Of a stretch of 64,000 bases of DNA, positions 35,994 through 47,815 are shown piece by piece. Below the pieces are notes generated by a model. It saw nothing but the letters and a program-made list of their open reading frames with translations, made no database searches and was not told the origin of the DNA. Source of the stretch: Squalus acanthias (taxonomy: Eukaryota); NCBI GenBank assembly GCA_030390025.1, contig CM059431.1, positions 148,058,001-148,122,000 on the forward strand, in the 5' to 3' direction. Positions within the stretch are counted from its first letter, which is position 1, and every line of letters begins with the position of its first letter. Position numbers and translations under genes: made by a program.

Positions 35994-38900
35994 GTGGTGA
36001 CTAATCTGAGTCACAAACAGTATAAATACAGGGGCCTGTGAGTGCAGCCAACACTGAGTGCAGCAGCACAGAGTGAACAACTGCGAGTTTGGAAAGTGTG
36101 GGAGTTTTAAGGGTGATTCTCTTTTAAAATCTAATGTTAATTGCTACTAGCTGTTGAGTAAGATAAACTGTCTAAGTTAAAATTTAAACTTTATTTTTTA
36201 AGTTTCTTCAGGCTTAAGCAGAGATAAAAAAGCAAGATCTCCTGCTGGAGAGCTGCTGTAGTCAGTTAATTAATGGGACTAAAAGTCAATAAATCCCAAG
36301 GACCGGACAACCTGCATCCTTGGGTTTTGAAAGAGGTGGCCATTGGAATGGTGGACGCATTGATTGTCATCATCCAGAATTCTATAGATTCTGCAACTAT
36401 TCCTGCAGATTGGAGGATAGCAAATGTAACCCCCCTATTTAAGAAAGGAGGGAGAGAGAAAACGGGGATCTACAGAACTGTTAGCCTCACATCAGTAGTT
36501 GCGAAAATGCTGGAATCTATTAGAAAGGATGCAATAACTGGGCACTTAGAAACTAATAGTAAGATTGGCAGAGCCAACACGGATTTATGAAAGGGAAATC
36601 CTGTTTGACAAACCTATTGGAGTTCTTTGACGATGTCACTAGTGGAGTAGACAAAGGGGAACCGGTAGATGTGGTGTCTCTGGATTTTCAGAAGGCCTTC
36701 GATAAGGTCCCACAGAAAAGGTTGGTGAACAAAATTAGGGCACATGGATTTGGGGGTAATATACTAGCATGGATTGAGAATTGGATAACAGACAGAAAAC
36801 AAAGAGTAGGGTTAAATCGATCTTTTTCATGATGGCAGGCTGTGACTAGTGAGGTACCGCCAGGATCGGTGCTTGTGTCCCAGCTATTCACAATCTATAT
36901 CAATGATTTGGATGAGGGGACGAAATGTAACATTTCCAAATTTGCTGATGATACAACGTGAGGTGGCAGTGTCAGATGCGAAGAGGATGTGAAGAGGCTT
37001 CAAGGGGATCTCGACAGGCTCAGTGAGAGGACGAGAACATGGCAGATGGAATATAATGTGGATAAATGTGAAGTTATCCACTTTGGTAGAAAAAACAGAA
37101 AGGCAGAGTATTTCCTAAATGGTGAAAGATTAGGGAATGCAGATGCTCAAAGGAGCTTGGGTGCACTTGTACATTAATCACTGAAAGTGAATGTGCAGGT
37201 GCAGCAAGCCATTAGGAAGGCAAATGGTATGCTGGCCTTCATTACAAGAGGATTTGAGTACAAGTGTAAAGAAGTCTTACTTCAATTATATAGGGCCTTG
37301 GTGGGAACACACCTGGAGTACTTGTACAATTTTGTTCTCCTTACCTAACGAAGGATATACTTGCCATAGATGGAGTTCAACGAAGGTTAACGAGGTTGAT
37401 TCCTGGGATGGTGGGACTGTCGTAAGAGAAGAAATTCTGTAAACTAGGCCTGTATTTCCTTGAATTCCGAAGAATGAGAGGGGATCTCATTGAAGCATAC
37501 AAAATTATTATAGGGCTTGAAAGCATGGATGCTGGGAGAATGTTTCCCTTAACTGGGGAGCCTAGAACCAGGGGCCACAGCATCAAGATTAAAGATAGGC
37601 CATTCAGGTCTGAGATAAAAAGAAATTTCTTCCCACACAGGATGGTGAATCTTTGGAATTCTCTTCCCAAGAGGGCTGTGGAGGCTAATTTATTGGGTAT
37701 ATTCAAAACAGAAGTCGATAGATTTCTGACTAGTAAGGGCATCAAGGGATATGGCGATAGGGCCAGTCAATGGAGATGGGACTGAATATCAGTCATGATC
37801 TCATTGAATGGCGGAGCAGGCTCGAAGTGCCGAATGGCCGACTCCTGCTCCTGTTTCTTATGTTCTTATGTTAATTAGCTAACTGGATTAAACTGGTTCC
37901 TGAAACAGTAGCAGAGCAGTGGTGACTCATCTGAGTCACAAACAGTGTAAATATAGGGGCCTGTGAGTGCAGCTAGCACTGAGTGCAGCAGCACAGAGTG
38001 AGCAACTGCGAATTTGGTAAGTGGGGGAGTTTTAAGGGTTCGTCTCTTTTAAAATCTAATGTTGATAGCTAATAGCTTTAAAGTAAGATCAACTGTCTGA
38101 GTTAAAATTTAAGCTTTAACTTTTTTAAGTTTCTTCAGGCTTAAGCAGAGACAAACAAGCAAGATCTCCTGCTGGAGAGCTGCTGTAGTTAGTTAATTAG
38201 CTAACTGGATTAAATTGGTTCCTGAAGCAGTAGCAGAGCTGTGGTGACTCATCTGAGTCACAAACAGTATAAATACAGGGGCCTGTGAGTGCAGCCAGCC
38301 CTGAGTGAACAACTGGGAGTTTGGTAAGTGTGGGAGTTCGGTGAAGTGGGGGAAGGAGGAGCATGCTTTTCTCAACTTCTCCTGCAGAGCGGTGGCGGAC
38401 CTGAGAAGGAGCACACCGAGGCCCAAGTGCGGGGATATAAGCAGCAACAGACCTGCATCAACAAGAGAAAATGGCAGTGTGACGTTACAGGTAAGGCAGG
38501 TAAGCGATTGGTCGTGTTTGTGGGCTAAGTTTTAAGTTAACATAGAACATATAACAAAATTATAAAAACTAAACATAATTTAATTAATTTCATAAACTAC
38601 ACGTGGTTATTAATTTGATTAATATTTAACTAATTAATTGAACAAATAAAATAACGGGAGAACAGGAGATGTGTTGCTGCTGCAATATGTGGGAGCTTGT
38701 GGACATTTTTTTCAAGGGCGACTACATCTGCGGTAAGTGTCTGCGGTTCGAGGAACTTCGGCTTCGAGTTGAGGAGCTGGAGTCCGAACTGTAGACACTG
38801 GGAGACATCAGGGAGTTAGAAAGTTAACTGAAGCTTTTGCTCCAGGAGGCAGCCACACCCCTTAGATTACATACTTTAGAATTGACACGTGGCCAGGACA

Positions 38901-40850
38901 GGAGGGTGTGAATGTGAGTGAGGCAGGTACGGGGATCCAGGAGGTAGTATTGCAGGAGCCTCAGTCCCTACCCTTGTCCAATAGATTCGAGGTTCTTGCA
39001 ACCCTTGTGGAGCAGTGTGGCGACTGCGGGGATGACAAGCAAACTGATCACGGCACCGTGGTACAGGAAGACGTTCAAGTGGGGGGAGGAAAAAGGAAGG
39101 GGGTTGTAGGAGGTGACAAAATATTTAGGGGGAAGACACGGTTCTCTGCAGCCAGAAGCGTGAGTCCCGACGGCTGTGTTGCCTACCCGGTGCCACGGTA
39201 AAGGACATCTCCTCTGGGCTGGAGAAGAACTTGGAATGGGAGGGATAGGATCCAGTTGTCGTGGTCCACGTAGGTACCAACGACATAGGTAGGACAAACA
39301 AAGTGGTTCTGCTGAGAGACTTTGAGCAGCTAGAGCTAAATTAAAAAGCAGAACCAGAAAGGGCATAATCTCTGGATTATTACTGGAGCCACGCGCAAAT
39401 TGGCATAAGGTCAATCAGATCAGGGAGATGAATGCGTGGCTCAAAGATTGGTGTGGGAGAAGTGGCTTTCGATTTGTGGGGCACTGGCACCAGTACTGGG
39501 GAAAGAAAGAGCTGTTCCATTGGGACGGACTACAGCTGAACCATGCTGGGGCCAGAGATCTAGCGAATCTAATAACTAGGGAGGTAGATTGGGCTTTAAA
39601 CTAAATAAGCGGGGCGGGGGGGGGGGGGGGGGGCACGGTCCCGGTGGAGAGAAATCTAGAATGCTAAAGAGAAAAGACAAGGAAGCAGTGCAGGAAAGTG
39701 ATTAACGTAAGGGTATCCATGTTGTGTCAGGAAGGGACAGAGCGTACAAATAAAGGAGAGCACTAACAAATAGGGTCCGGGTAAGAAAAAATGGCATTAA
39801 GACAAATAGGGCCATAGTACAAAAAAATGTTAAGATGTCTAAAAATGTTAAAAAGACAAATCTAAAGGCACTGTATCTGAATGCACGAAGCATTCGTAAA
39901 AAGGTAAACGAATTAACAGCGCAAATAGATTTTAACAGACACAATATAATTGTGATTATGGAGACATGGCTGCAGGGTGACCAAGGCTGGGAGCTGAATA
40001 TCCAAGGATATTCGATATTTAGGAAGGACAGGCAAAAAGGAAAATGAGGTGGGATGGCCTTGTTAGTAAAGGATGAAATCAGATTAATAGTGAGAAAGGA
40101 TATTGGCTCAGAAAATGAAGATGTAGAATCAGTCGGGCTGGAGGATAGAACACCAAGGGGCAGAAAACGTTGGTGGGAGATATCTATAGGACTCCAAACA
40201 GTACTGGTAATGTAGGGGATGGCAACAAACAGGAAATTAGAGATGCATGTAACAAGGGTAACTTTAATCTACATATTCACTGGCCAAACCAAATTAGCAA
40301 TAATATTGTGGAGGATTAATTCCTAGAGTGGGTACGAGATTTTTTTAGACCAGCACGTTGAGGAGCCAACTAGAGAGCAGGCTATCCTAGATTGGGTATT
40401 GTGCAATAAGAATGGGTTAATTAATAATCTTGTTGTGCGGTGTCCTTTAGGGAAGAGTGACCATAATATGATAGAATTCTTCATTAAAATGGAAAGTGAA
40501 GAAGTCCAATCCGAAACTTGGTTCCTAACTCTAAACAAAGGAAACTACGAAGGTATGAGGAGTGAGTTGGATATGATAGATTCGGGAGCTTCATTAAAAG
40601 GCATGATGGTTTCTAGCCAATGGCTAACATTTAAGGAACAAATGCATGAATTGCAACAGTTATACATTCCTTTCTGGCACAAAAACACAAAAGGAAAATC
40701 GGCCCAACAATGGCAAACAAAATAAATTAAGGATAGTATTTGATCAAAAGAGGATTCATATAAAGTTGTGAGAAAAGTAGCAAGCCTAAGAATTGGGAGC
40801 AGTTTTGAGCTCCGCAAAAAAAGGTCCAAGAGATTGATTAAGAGGGGAAA
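35994..40850 (+). mobile_element. CR1 LINE 5' half with tandem 322-bp 5' repeats; degenerate ORF1 (~38655-39600) and APE region
   Basis: Repeat units start at 35996, 37921 and 38243. ORF1 is similar to 3814-4770. YLNARS/METW occur at 39870-39970. The element is truncated at the 29-bp satellite. Confidence 0.85.
36272..37870 (+). mobile_element. 5'-truncated CR1 inserted into the first 5' repeat unit
   Basis: RT and C-terminal fragments and a (TTCTTATG) tail. It is flanked on both sides by TTAATTA (TSD), and the empty site is visible in the next unit (agttaattagctaac, ~38191). Confidence 0.9.
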
Positions 40851-42262
40851 CTAGGATCGGATCCCAGTGGATTACATTCATGAGGTTGGATCCCAAAGGA
40901 TTAAAGGAATGGGATCCGATCCCAGTGAGCTAAAGGAATAGGATCTGATCCAAGCGAATTTAAAGGAATAGGATGAGGTCCGAGTGAATTAAAGGAATTG
41001 GATAATATCCCAGTGCATTAAAGGAATTGAATCGGATCCCAGTGATTCAAAGGAATGTGGTCGGATCCCAGTGAATTCAAGAATTGAATCGAATAACAGC
41101 GAAATAAAAGAATGGGTTCAGAACCCAGAGGATTAAAGGACTGGAGTCGGACCAAAGGGATTAAAGGAATGGCTTCGGATTCCAATGAATTAAAGGAATG
41201 GGATCGGATCCTGTAGAATTACAGGAATATGGTCGGATCCCAGTGAGTTAAAGGAATGGGATCGATCTCAGTGAATTAAAGGAATGGTCTCAGATCCCAG
41301 TGAATTAAAGGAATGGAATCAGATCCCAGTGAATTGAAGGAATGCGAATCGATCCCAGTGAATTAAATGAATGGAATCAGATTCCAGTGAATTAAAGGAA
41401 TGGAATCAGATCCCAGTGAATTGAAGGAAAGGAATCAGATCCCAGTGAAATGAAGAAATGGAATCAGATTCCAGTGAATTGAAGGAATGGAATCAGATCC
41501 CAGTGAATTGAAGGAATGGAATCAGATACCAGTGAATTGAAGGAATGGAATCAGATCCCAGTGAATTGAAGGAATGGAATCAGATCCCAGTGAATTGAAG
41601 GAATGCGAATCGATCCCAGTGGATTAAAGGAATGGAATAAGATCCCAGTGAATTGAAGGAATGGAATCAGATCCCAGTTAATTGAAGGAATGGAATCAGA
41701 TCCCAGTGAATTGAAGGAATGGAATCAGATCCCAGTGAATTGAAGGAATGGAATCAGATCCCAGTGAATTAAAGGAATGGAATCAGATCCCAGTGACTTA
41801 AAGGTGCGATGGGATCCCGGAGAATTAAAGGAATGGGATCAGTTCCAAGTGGATTAAAGGAATGGGATCGTATCCCAGAGAATTAAACGATTGTGATCGG
41901 ATCCTAGAGGATTAAAGGAATGCGATCGGAACCCATAGATTAAAGGAATGGAATCGGATCCCAATGGATTAAATTCATGGGGTTGGATCATAATGGATTG
42001 AAGGAATGGGATCGGATCGCAGTGAATTTAAAGGAATGGGATGAGGTCCCAGTGAATTAAAGGAATTGGATCGAATCACAGTGAATCAATGGAATGGGGT
42101 CGGATCACAGTGAATTAATGGAAAGGGGTCGGATCCCAGTGAATTAAAGGAATTGGATCGAATCATAGCGAATTAACGATAGGTGATCATCATTCAGTGA
42201 ATTAAAGGAATGGTGGGATCCCTGAGAATTTAGGAAATTGGGTCAGATCCCAGTGAATTAGA
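40851..42262. repeat. 29-bp satellite (GAATTGAAGGAATGGAATCAGATCCCAGT)
   Basis: About 48 copies, homogeneous in the centre (41300-41800) and diverged at the edges. Confidence 0.93.
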
Positions 42263-42264
42263 AG

Positions 42265-43191
42265 ATAAGATCATAAGAAATAAGAGCAGGAGTAGGCCTT
42301 ACGGCCCCTCGAGCCTGCTCCGCCGGTCAACAAGATCATGTCTGATCATCGACCTAAACTCGACTTTCCCGCCTGATCGCCATATCCCTTTATTCCCCTA
42401 GAGTCCAAAAATGTATCTACCTCAACCTTGAATAAACTGAAAGACTCAGCATTCACAGCCTTCTGGGGCAAAGAATTCCAAAGATTCAAAACCCTCTGAA
42501 TTAAGAAATTCCTCCTCATCTCAGTCTTAAATTGCCTACCATTTATACTGAGACTATGCCCCCTAGGTGTAGACACTCCAGCCAGGGGAAACAACTTCTC
42601 AACATCTACCCTGTCAATCCACTTCAGAATCTTGTACCTTTCAATGAGATCACCTCTCATTCTTCTAAACTCCAGAAATTATGGGACCATTCTACACAAT
42701 CTCTCATCTAAGGACAGCCCTCTCATCCCAGGAATCAATCTAGTGAACCTTCATTGCACTCCCTGCAAGGCAAGTATATCCTTGCTTAGATAAGGAGTCC
42801 AAAACTGTGCACAGTTCTCCAGGTGTGGTCTCACCAAGTCCCAGTACAATTGTAGCAAGACTTCCTTACTCTTATACTCCAACCCCTTTGCAATAAAGGC
42901 CAACAAGCCATTTTGCCTTCCTGATTGCTTGCTGTACCTTCATGCTAGCTTTCTGGGTTTCTTGCACGAGGACATCTAAATCTCTCTGAACACCAACAGT
43001 TGAAAATTTCTCACCATTTAAAATATATTCTGTTTTTCTATTCTTCCTACCAAAGTGAATAACCTCAAATTTCACTACATTATACTCCATCTGCCGCCTT
43101 ACTGCCCACTCACTTTCTCTATCTATAACCCTTTGCAGACGATTTGTGTTCTCCTCACAAATTACTGACTCACCTAGATTTGTATCATCAG
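42265..43191 (-). mobile_element. 5'-truncated CR1 3' fragment
   Basis: DDTNLG...MEYNV...MRGDLIE...FKTEMRRNF followed by the 3' UTR. Paralog of 7712-8395. Confidence 0.9.
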
Positions 43192-44800
43192 TATCGGGCA
43201 GAATGGGATAATACAATACCATTCCTGACAGGGTAACGTTGTTCTGTTCCTGTAAAAGGCAATCAAGTTTCACTGGGTACACCTGTACCAATCCCCTGAC
43301 TTTACACATAGTCATTGTAAATTGCTAAGTGGACATTGCTCTTAGATGCCGATCAGTCACCCACGAGGGTAGCTTCCCTTCAACAAGGCTCTGCAGGTTT
43401 ACACGGGCTTGATCCACTAACCAAGATCCATACATTACATCATTTCGCGCAGCCTCACTAGAGGCCTTGCGATCCTCCTTTAAAATTTGAGTTATATTTT
43501 TAGCATGGGATTCTAAATAGTTAACCACGTCCTGTAGAAGAATGGTCGTAATTTGGTCCTCCTTTAATTCCTCCTGTTACAGACCATTCATTTTATTCAA
43601 AGTTTCCCTTAAACGATTTCTAACTGCCTTTACGGATTGATCCAAATGAGCCAAATCAAGCCTATTAACGAGGGAGTTTCCGGTATTAAAAGCAATGGCT
43701 GCATCATTTTTCAGAACCTGTGGTGTTCTGACATGGTCTCCTGTAACCCCGTAACCAACTCAATTGTCTTCAATGATCTTGGTACTCTTTTCCCCAAAGT
43801 TATTGTTAGATCCATTAACTTCCCCTGAGTCCTTGCGATATAACGGCTCTAATTCCGATTCCGCCAGGGTTGTGTTGGCCCTTTCCCAAAATCCCTCTAT
43901 TAATTCCCGCATCGTTCTCCCATATCACAGCGCTGTTTCTGGTTTGCACCAGTTTGGGAGTCCCACCTCGGTCAGTTTTAACATTACAGGTATCACTTCA
44001 TGATGCAGAGCATGGTACAATATCATCCGAGTTGGGATTAGCTCTAACCTATTTGCCGGTCCCGGGGTGTGTTTGGGACAGACAACCCGGGTTTCCTTTT
44101 GTTCTTCCCGCGGTTGTGATCTATTCGTACGGGTGGGGTGGGGAGTTTAGGATGGATTTCAATTCCACCGTGTGTATTATTCCGTTTTTACATTCCTGCA
44201 TATGATAATGTGAGCAACCCTTCGAAACCCTACACGGCCTTCCCTCCCTGTCCACGAAGCATCGGTCGGGACCCCTGTCATCTGTTCCATTCGCTTGGAT
44301 GCTTTGATCCCCTATCCAGTGGACGGGAGCTCCACAAAGCGGCTCTGCGTCCCCGAAGGATTTATGCATCCATAGATTCCCTCATGCTCCTGCCACCTCT
44401 GTGGGCAACATAACAGAGTGTCTCCCGCTGCTCGGGATTGGGTCGAGCTTCGTACATTCCCCCGAGGGTTCCCTATCTGATAGTACCTTGAATGGTCACT
44501 TGGTTCTGCTTGTAAGAACCACACACTTGGCCCGGTGGGGCGCTCTTTGCATTTATGCACACCCTCCCTCCCTTGCGGGACCTCACAAGTGGTAACCCAT
44601 ACTGTCGCTGAACATGCGGTTTCACAATCACCCTTGACGTACTGGAGGGTAATGTTTCCAGTGGCGTCCCACGGTTGTGTCTCCAGGGCAAATGAAATCG
44701 ACCTGTTATAGGGAAAATAGTGCTCGTCCAATATGCCAAATAGGCAGATGTGGAATAGCAGAATCCCGATCATTGGGCAGAACAATTCCTTCATTTTATA
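43192..44800 (-). pseudogene. Decayed viral envelope gene (env-B, copy 2), N-terminal two thirds, paramyxovirus-F-like
   Basis: Signal-peptide-like MIGILLFHICLFG, then HHEVIPVMLKLTEVGLPNWCKPETAL*YGRTMRELIEGF, IAFNTGNSLVNRLDL, ITTILLQDVVNYLESHAK, GKLPSWVTDRHL and SGMVLYYPILP. Multiple stops and frameshifts. Confidence 0.7.
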
Positions 44801-44999
44801 TAGTTCAGACTCTCAATACTGATGTATTATTGGAACACAAAAAAGGGACTTCCTTCACTGTAACACTCTGATATAACCCACAACAATCACTGTAGCACTC
44901 TGATATCCCCTACACTTCTCAATGTAACACTCTGACATTTCCCACATCCAAAATGTAACACTCTGATATACCAGACACCCAAACTGTAACACGGATAAA

Positions 45000-46230
45000 A
45001 CCCATTCTCTCAATATCTCCTGCCACTTTCAGGCACCTATGCTCATTAACTCTCAGGTCCCTCTGTACCTGCACACTCATTAAAAATATGCCATTATGTG
45101 AATATTGCCTCTCCCGGTTCCCTCTGCCAAAATGCATCACCTCACACTTCACTGTATTAAACTCCATGTGCCACTTGTCTGCCCATTCTGCTAGCCTTTC
45201 TATGTCCTGTTGCAATCGTTTGGTAATATCCTAACTGTTTTGCCATGTTTGGTGTCATCAGCAAATTTATAAATTATACTCAGTATTCCAATATCCAAGT
45301 AACTTATATATATCAAAAAAGCAGTGGCCCCAGCACTGACCCTTGGGGGACACCGCTGTCTATCATCCTCCATTCTGAAAAACAGCCATTTACCACAACT
45401 CGCTGTTTTCTGTCATTAAGCCAATTCCTTATCCAATCTGCCACTGACCCACCTATTCCATGAGCCTCAATTTTGTTAACCAGCTTTCTATGTGGTACTT
45501 TGTCAAACGCCTTCCTAAAATCCATGTAGACAACATCCATTTTATTCCCTTCATCATTCCTCCCTGTTACTTCATCAAGAAATTCAATTGGTGTCGTCAA
45601 ACACGAACTGTCTTTTACAAATCCGTGTTGGCTCTCCTTAATTAGTTTAAACCTAGCCAACTGCCCGTTACTTTTTTCCTTGATTATTGTCTCTATAACA
45701 TTACCCACCACTGATGTTAAATTGACCGGCCTGTAGTTACTTGGATTGTCCTTATACCCTTTCTTGAACAATAGTGTCACATTTGCCACTTTTCAATGCT
45801 CAGGCACCTCCCCCGCATTTCGGGAAGATTGCAAAATTATGTCAAGCTCCTCCCCCCATTCCCTCAGTAACCTGGGATGCAAGCCATCTTAACCAGGCGA
45901 CTTATAAACTCTAAGCATACCAAGCAATTCTGGTACATCCTATCTATCAATTTGCAGCCTTTCCATTGCTTCAAACTTTTCCACATCTACCGATATTTTG
46001 TCAGCATCCACTTCATTAGTAAACACCGATACAATGTACTCATTGTGTATTCTAGCCTGGCCCTTCACCTCTAAGCATATATCACCTTCTTTGTCCTTAA
46101 AAAGGCCCCACCACGCCTCTTACTACCCGCTTACTGTTCACATGCCAGTAGAAGATTTTTGGCTTCCTTTTTATGTTAACCGCCAATCTACTCTCATATT
46201 CTCTCTTTGCCAATCTTATTTCCATCTTCA
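45000..46230 (-). mobile_element. CR1 RT fragment (different subfamily)
   Basis: [32 protein letters not shown]. Confidence 0.88.
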
Positions 46231-46236
46231 CTTATT

Positions 46237-47525
46237 GGCACAGAAATTTCGGTCTCCAAGGGTGTGTACGCTCTTTGTACACACCGGTAAGGCCGACGAA
46301 AGTGCCGGTTTTGTGCATGCACTGCGCATACGCAGGAAACCGGAACTTCCGTTCCCTTGAAGGAAGGGGTTCACAGTTCAAACACGTGCGCCGGAGAGGC
46401 AGCGCGCACGCATCGAACGTCATCTTTTTTTACAGGTTTCTCGTGAGGGTAAGTTTCTAGCAGCTGCGCGTGGAAAAAGCAGGCGCAAGGCCTGCTTTTA
46501 ACAAGGTAAGAGGTCCATTAAGTAAAATTGAAAATTTTTTCCACAGGTTTATCATTGTTAAATACTTTAAAGAAAGGTAAGTTTATTTTTAGCCCCGTTA
46601 CAAATTTTATTAAATTTTTTCAAAAATTAAATTTTTTGTTTAAAGTAGTTAATTTATTTAATTTATATTTATTTTAACAATGTGATTTTTTTTTAAATTT
46701 ATTTGAAGTTTTACTTATGTTTTGGGGCCGATCTCTATTCATAGATTTGACAGGTCTCCCTGTCAGGGCCCAAAAATTCGGCTGAATACGGGAGTGTACG
46801 AACTGTGTACTCTCGCGTATTCGGTCCCGAAGTGCCAGTTTCCTGCATGCACTGCGCATGCGCGGGAAACCGGCACTTCCGGTATGGCGATGGGGGCGGT
46901 TCCTAAGTGAACCGCGTGCGCGCTGCAGGCTGTGAGCACGCAGCACACTTCGATTTTTTTTCAGTTTTCAACGCGAAAGTAAGTATGGAATATTTTACAC
47001 ATGAAGAAAGGAGGCGTAAGACCCCCTTTTAACAAGGTAAGTAGTTAATGAAGTATTATTTTAAAAACATTTCAACAGGTTTATCTTTTTTAGAGACTTT
47101 AAAGAAAGGTAAGTTTATTTTTATTACATTTAAAAAGAATTTAAATTTTTCTAAAATTAAAATTTTTGATTAAAGTGGTTAATTTATTTAACTATAGTCA
47201 TTTTATTAACGTGAATCTTTTTAAATTTATTTGAGGTTTAGCTGTTCTTTTGGGGTCAATTTGTATTTATAGTTTTGACAGTTCTCCTGTCAAATCTATG
47301 AATGAAAGATGGTGTGCTGCCATTGGCTCTCCATGGCCCACGTGATCCCAGAGGTCGCATCGAACGAACTGCGCCTGTGGGACACGCACACACTGTGCGC
47401 CAGCACCAGGGAGAGGCCCAGGACCAGAAGTTCGTGTGTGCCCAAAACACAACGGCAAGCGCAGAGTGTGATATCGCGCAAGATCCTTACCCCCGCGGCA
47501 AGCCTCCGAGTCAAATTTCTGGACC
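46237..47525. mobile_element. Non-autonomous DNA transposon (MITE-like) composite with two ~530-bp related units
   Basis: Starts ggcacagaaattt (46237) and gggcccaaaaatt (46766); ends aaatttctggacc (47525). The two units share internal blocks. Confidence 0.55.
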
Positions 47526-47759
47526 TACCAGACCTTTTGGTATCCCGTGTATTTCTATCAGAAGCTCTGAGCGTGCTCTGCACTCCACTCACAGATTGTC
47601 ACATTTGTACGTAATGTCAGGCCCCAGGGAGATAATCAGATGGCTTTATTTTTATATTAATTACACTAATTGAAACAAACAGATTAGTGCAGCCGCTGCC
47701 AGAATCGTGTATAAACAGAAAATGCTGGAGATATTCAACAGGCCAGGCAGCATCGGTGA

Positions 47760-47815
47760 AGAGAGAAACAGAGTTAACGTTTCAGATCGATAACCTTTCG
47801 TCAGAACTGGAAAAA
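47760..47815 (-). ncRNA. Minimal hammerhead ribozyme motif (inverted copy)
   Basis: The - strand reads ctgacga-aaggttatcgatct-gaaac-gttaac. Confidence 0.6.

Noticed and set aside
34110..36080. Gly/Trp-rich and Pro/His-rich ORFs
   Set aside because: Translations of the G-rich satellite.
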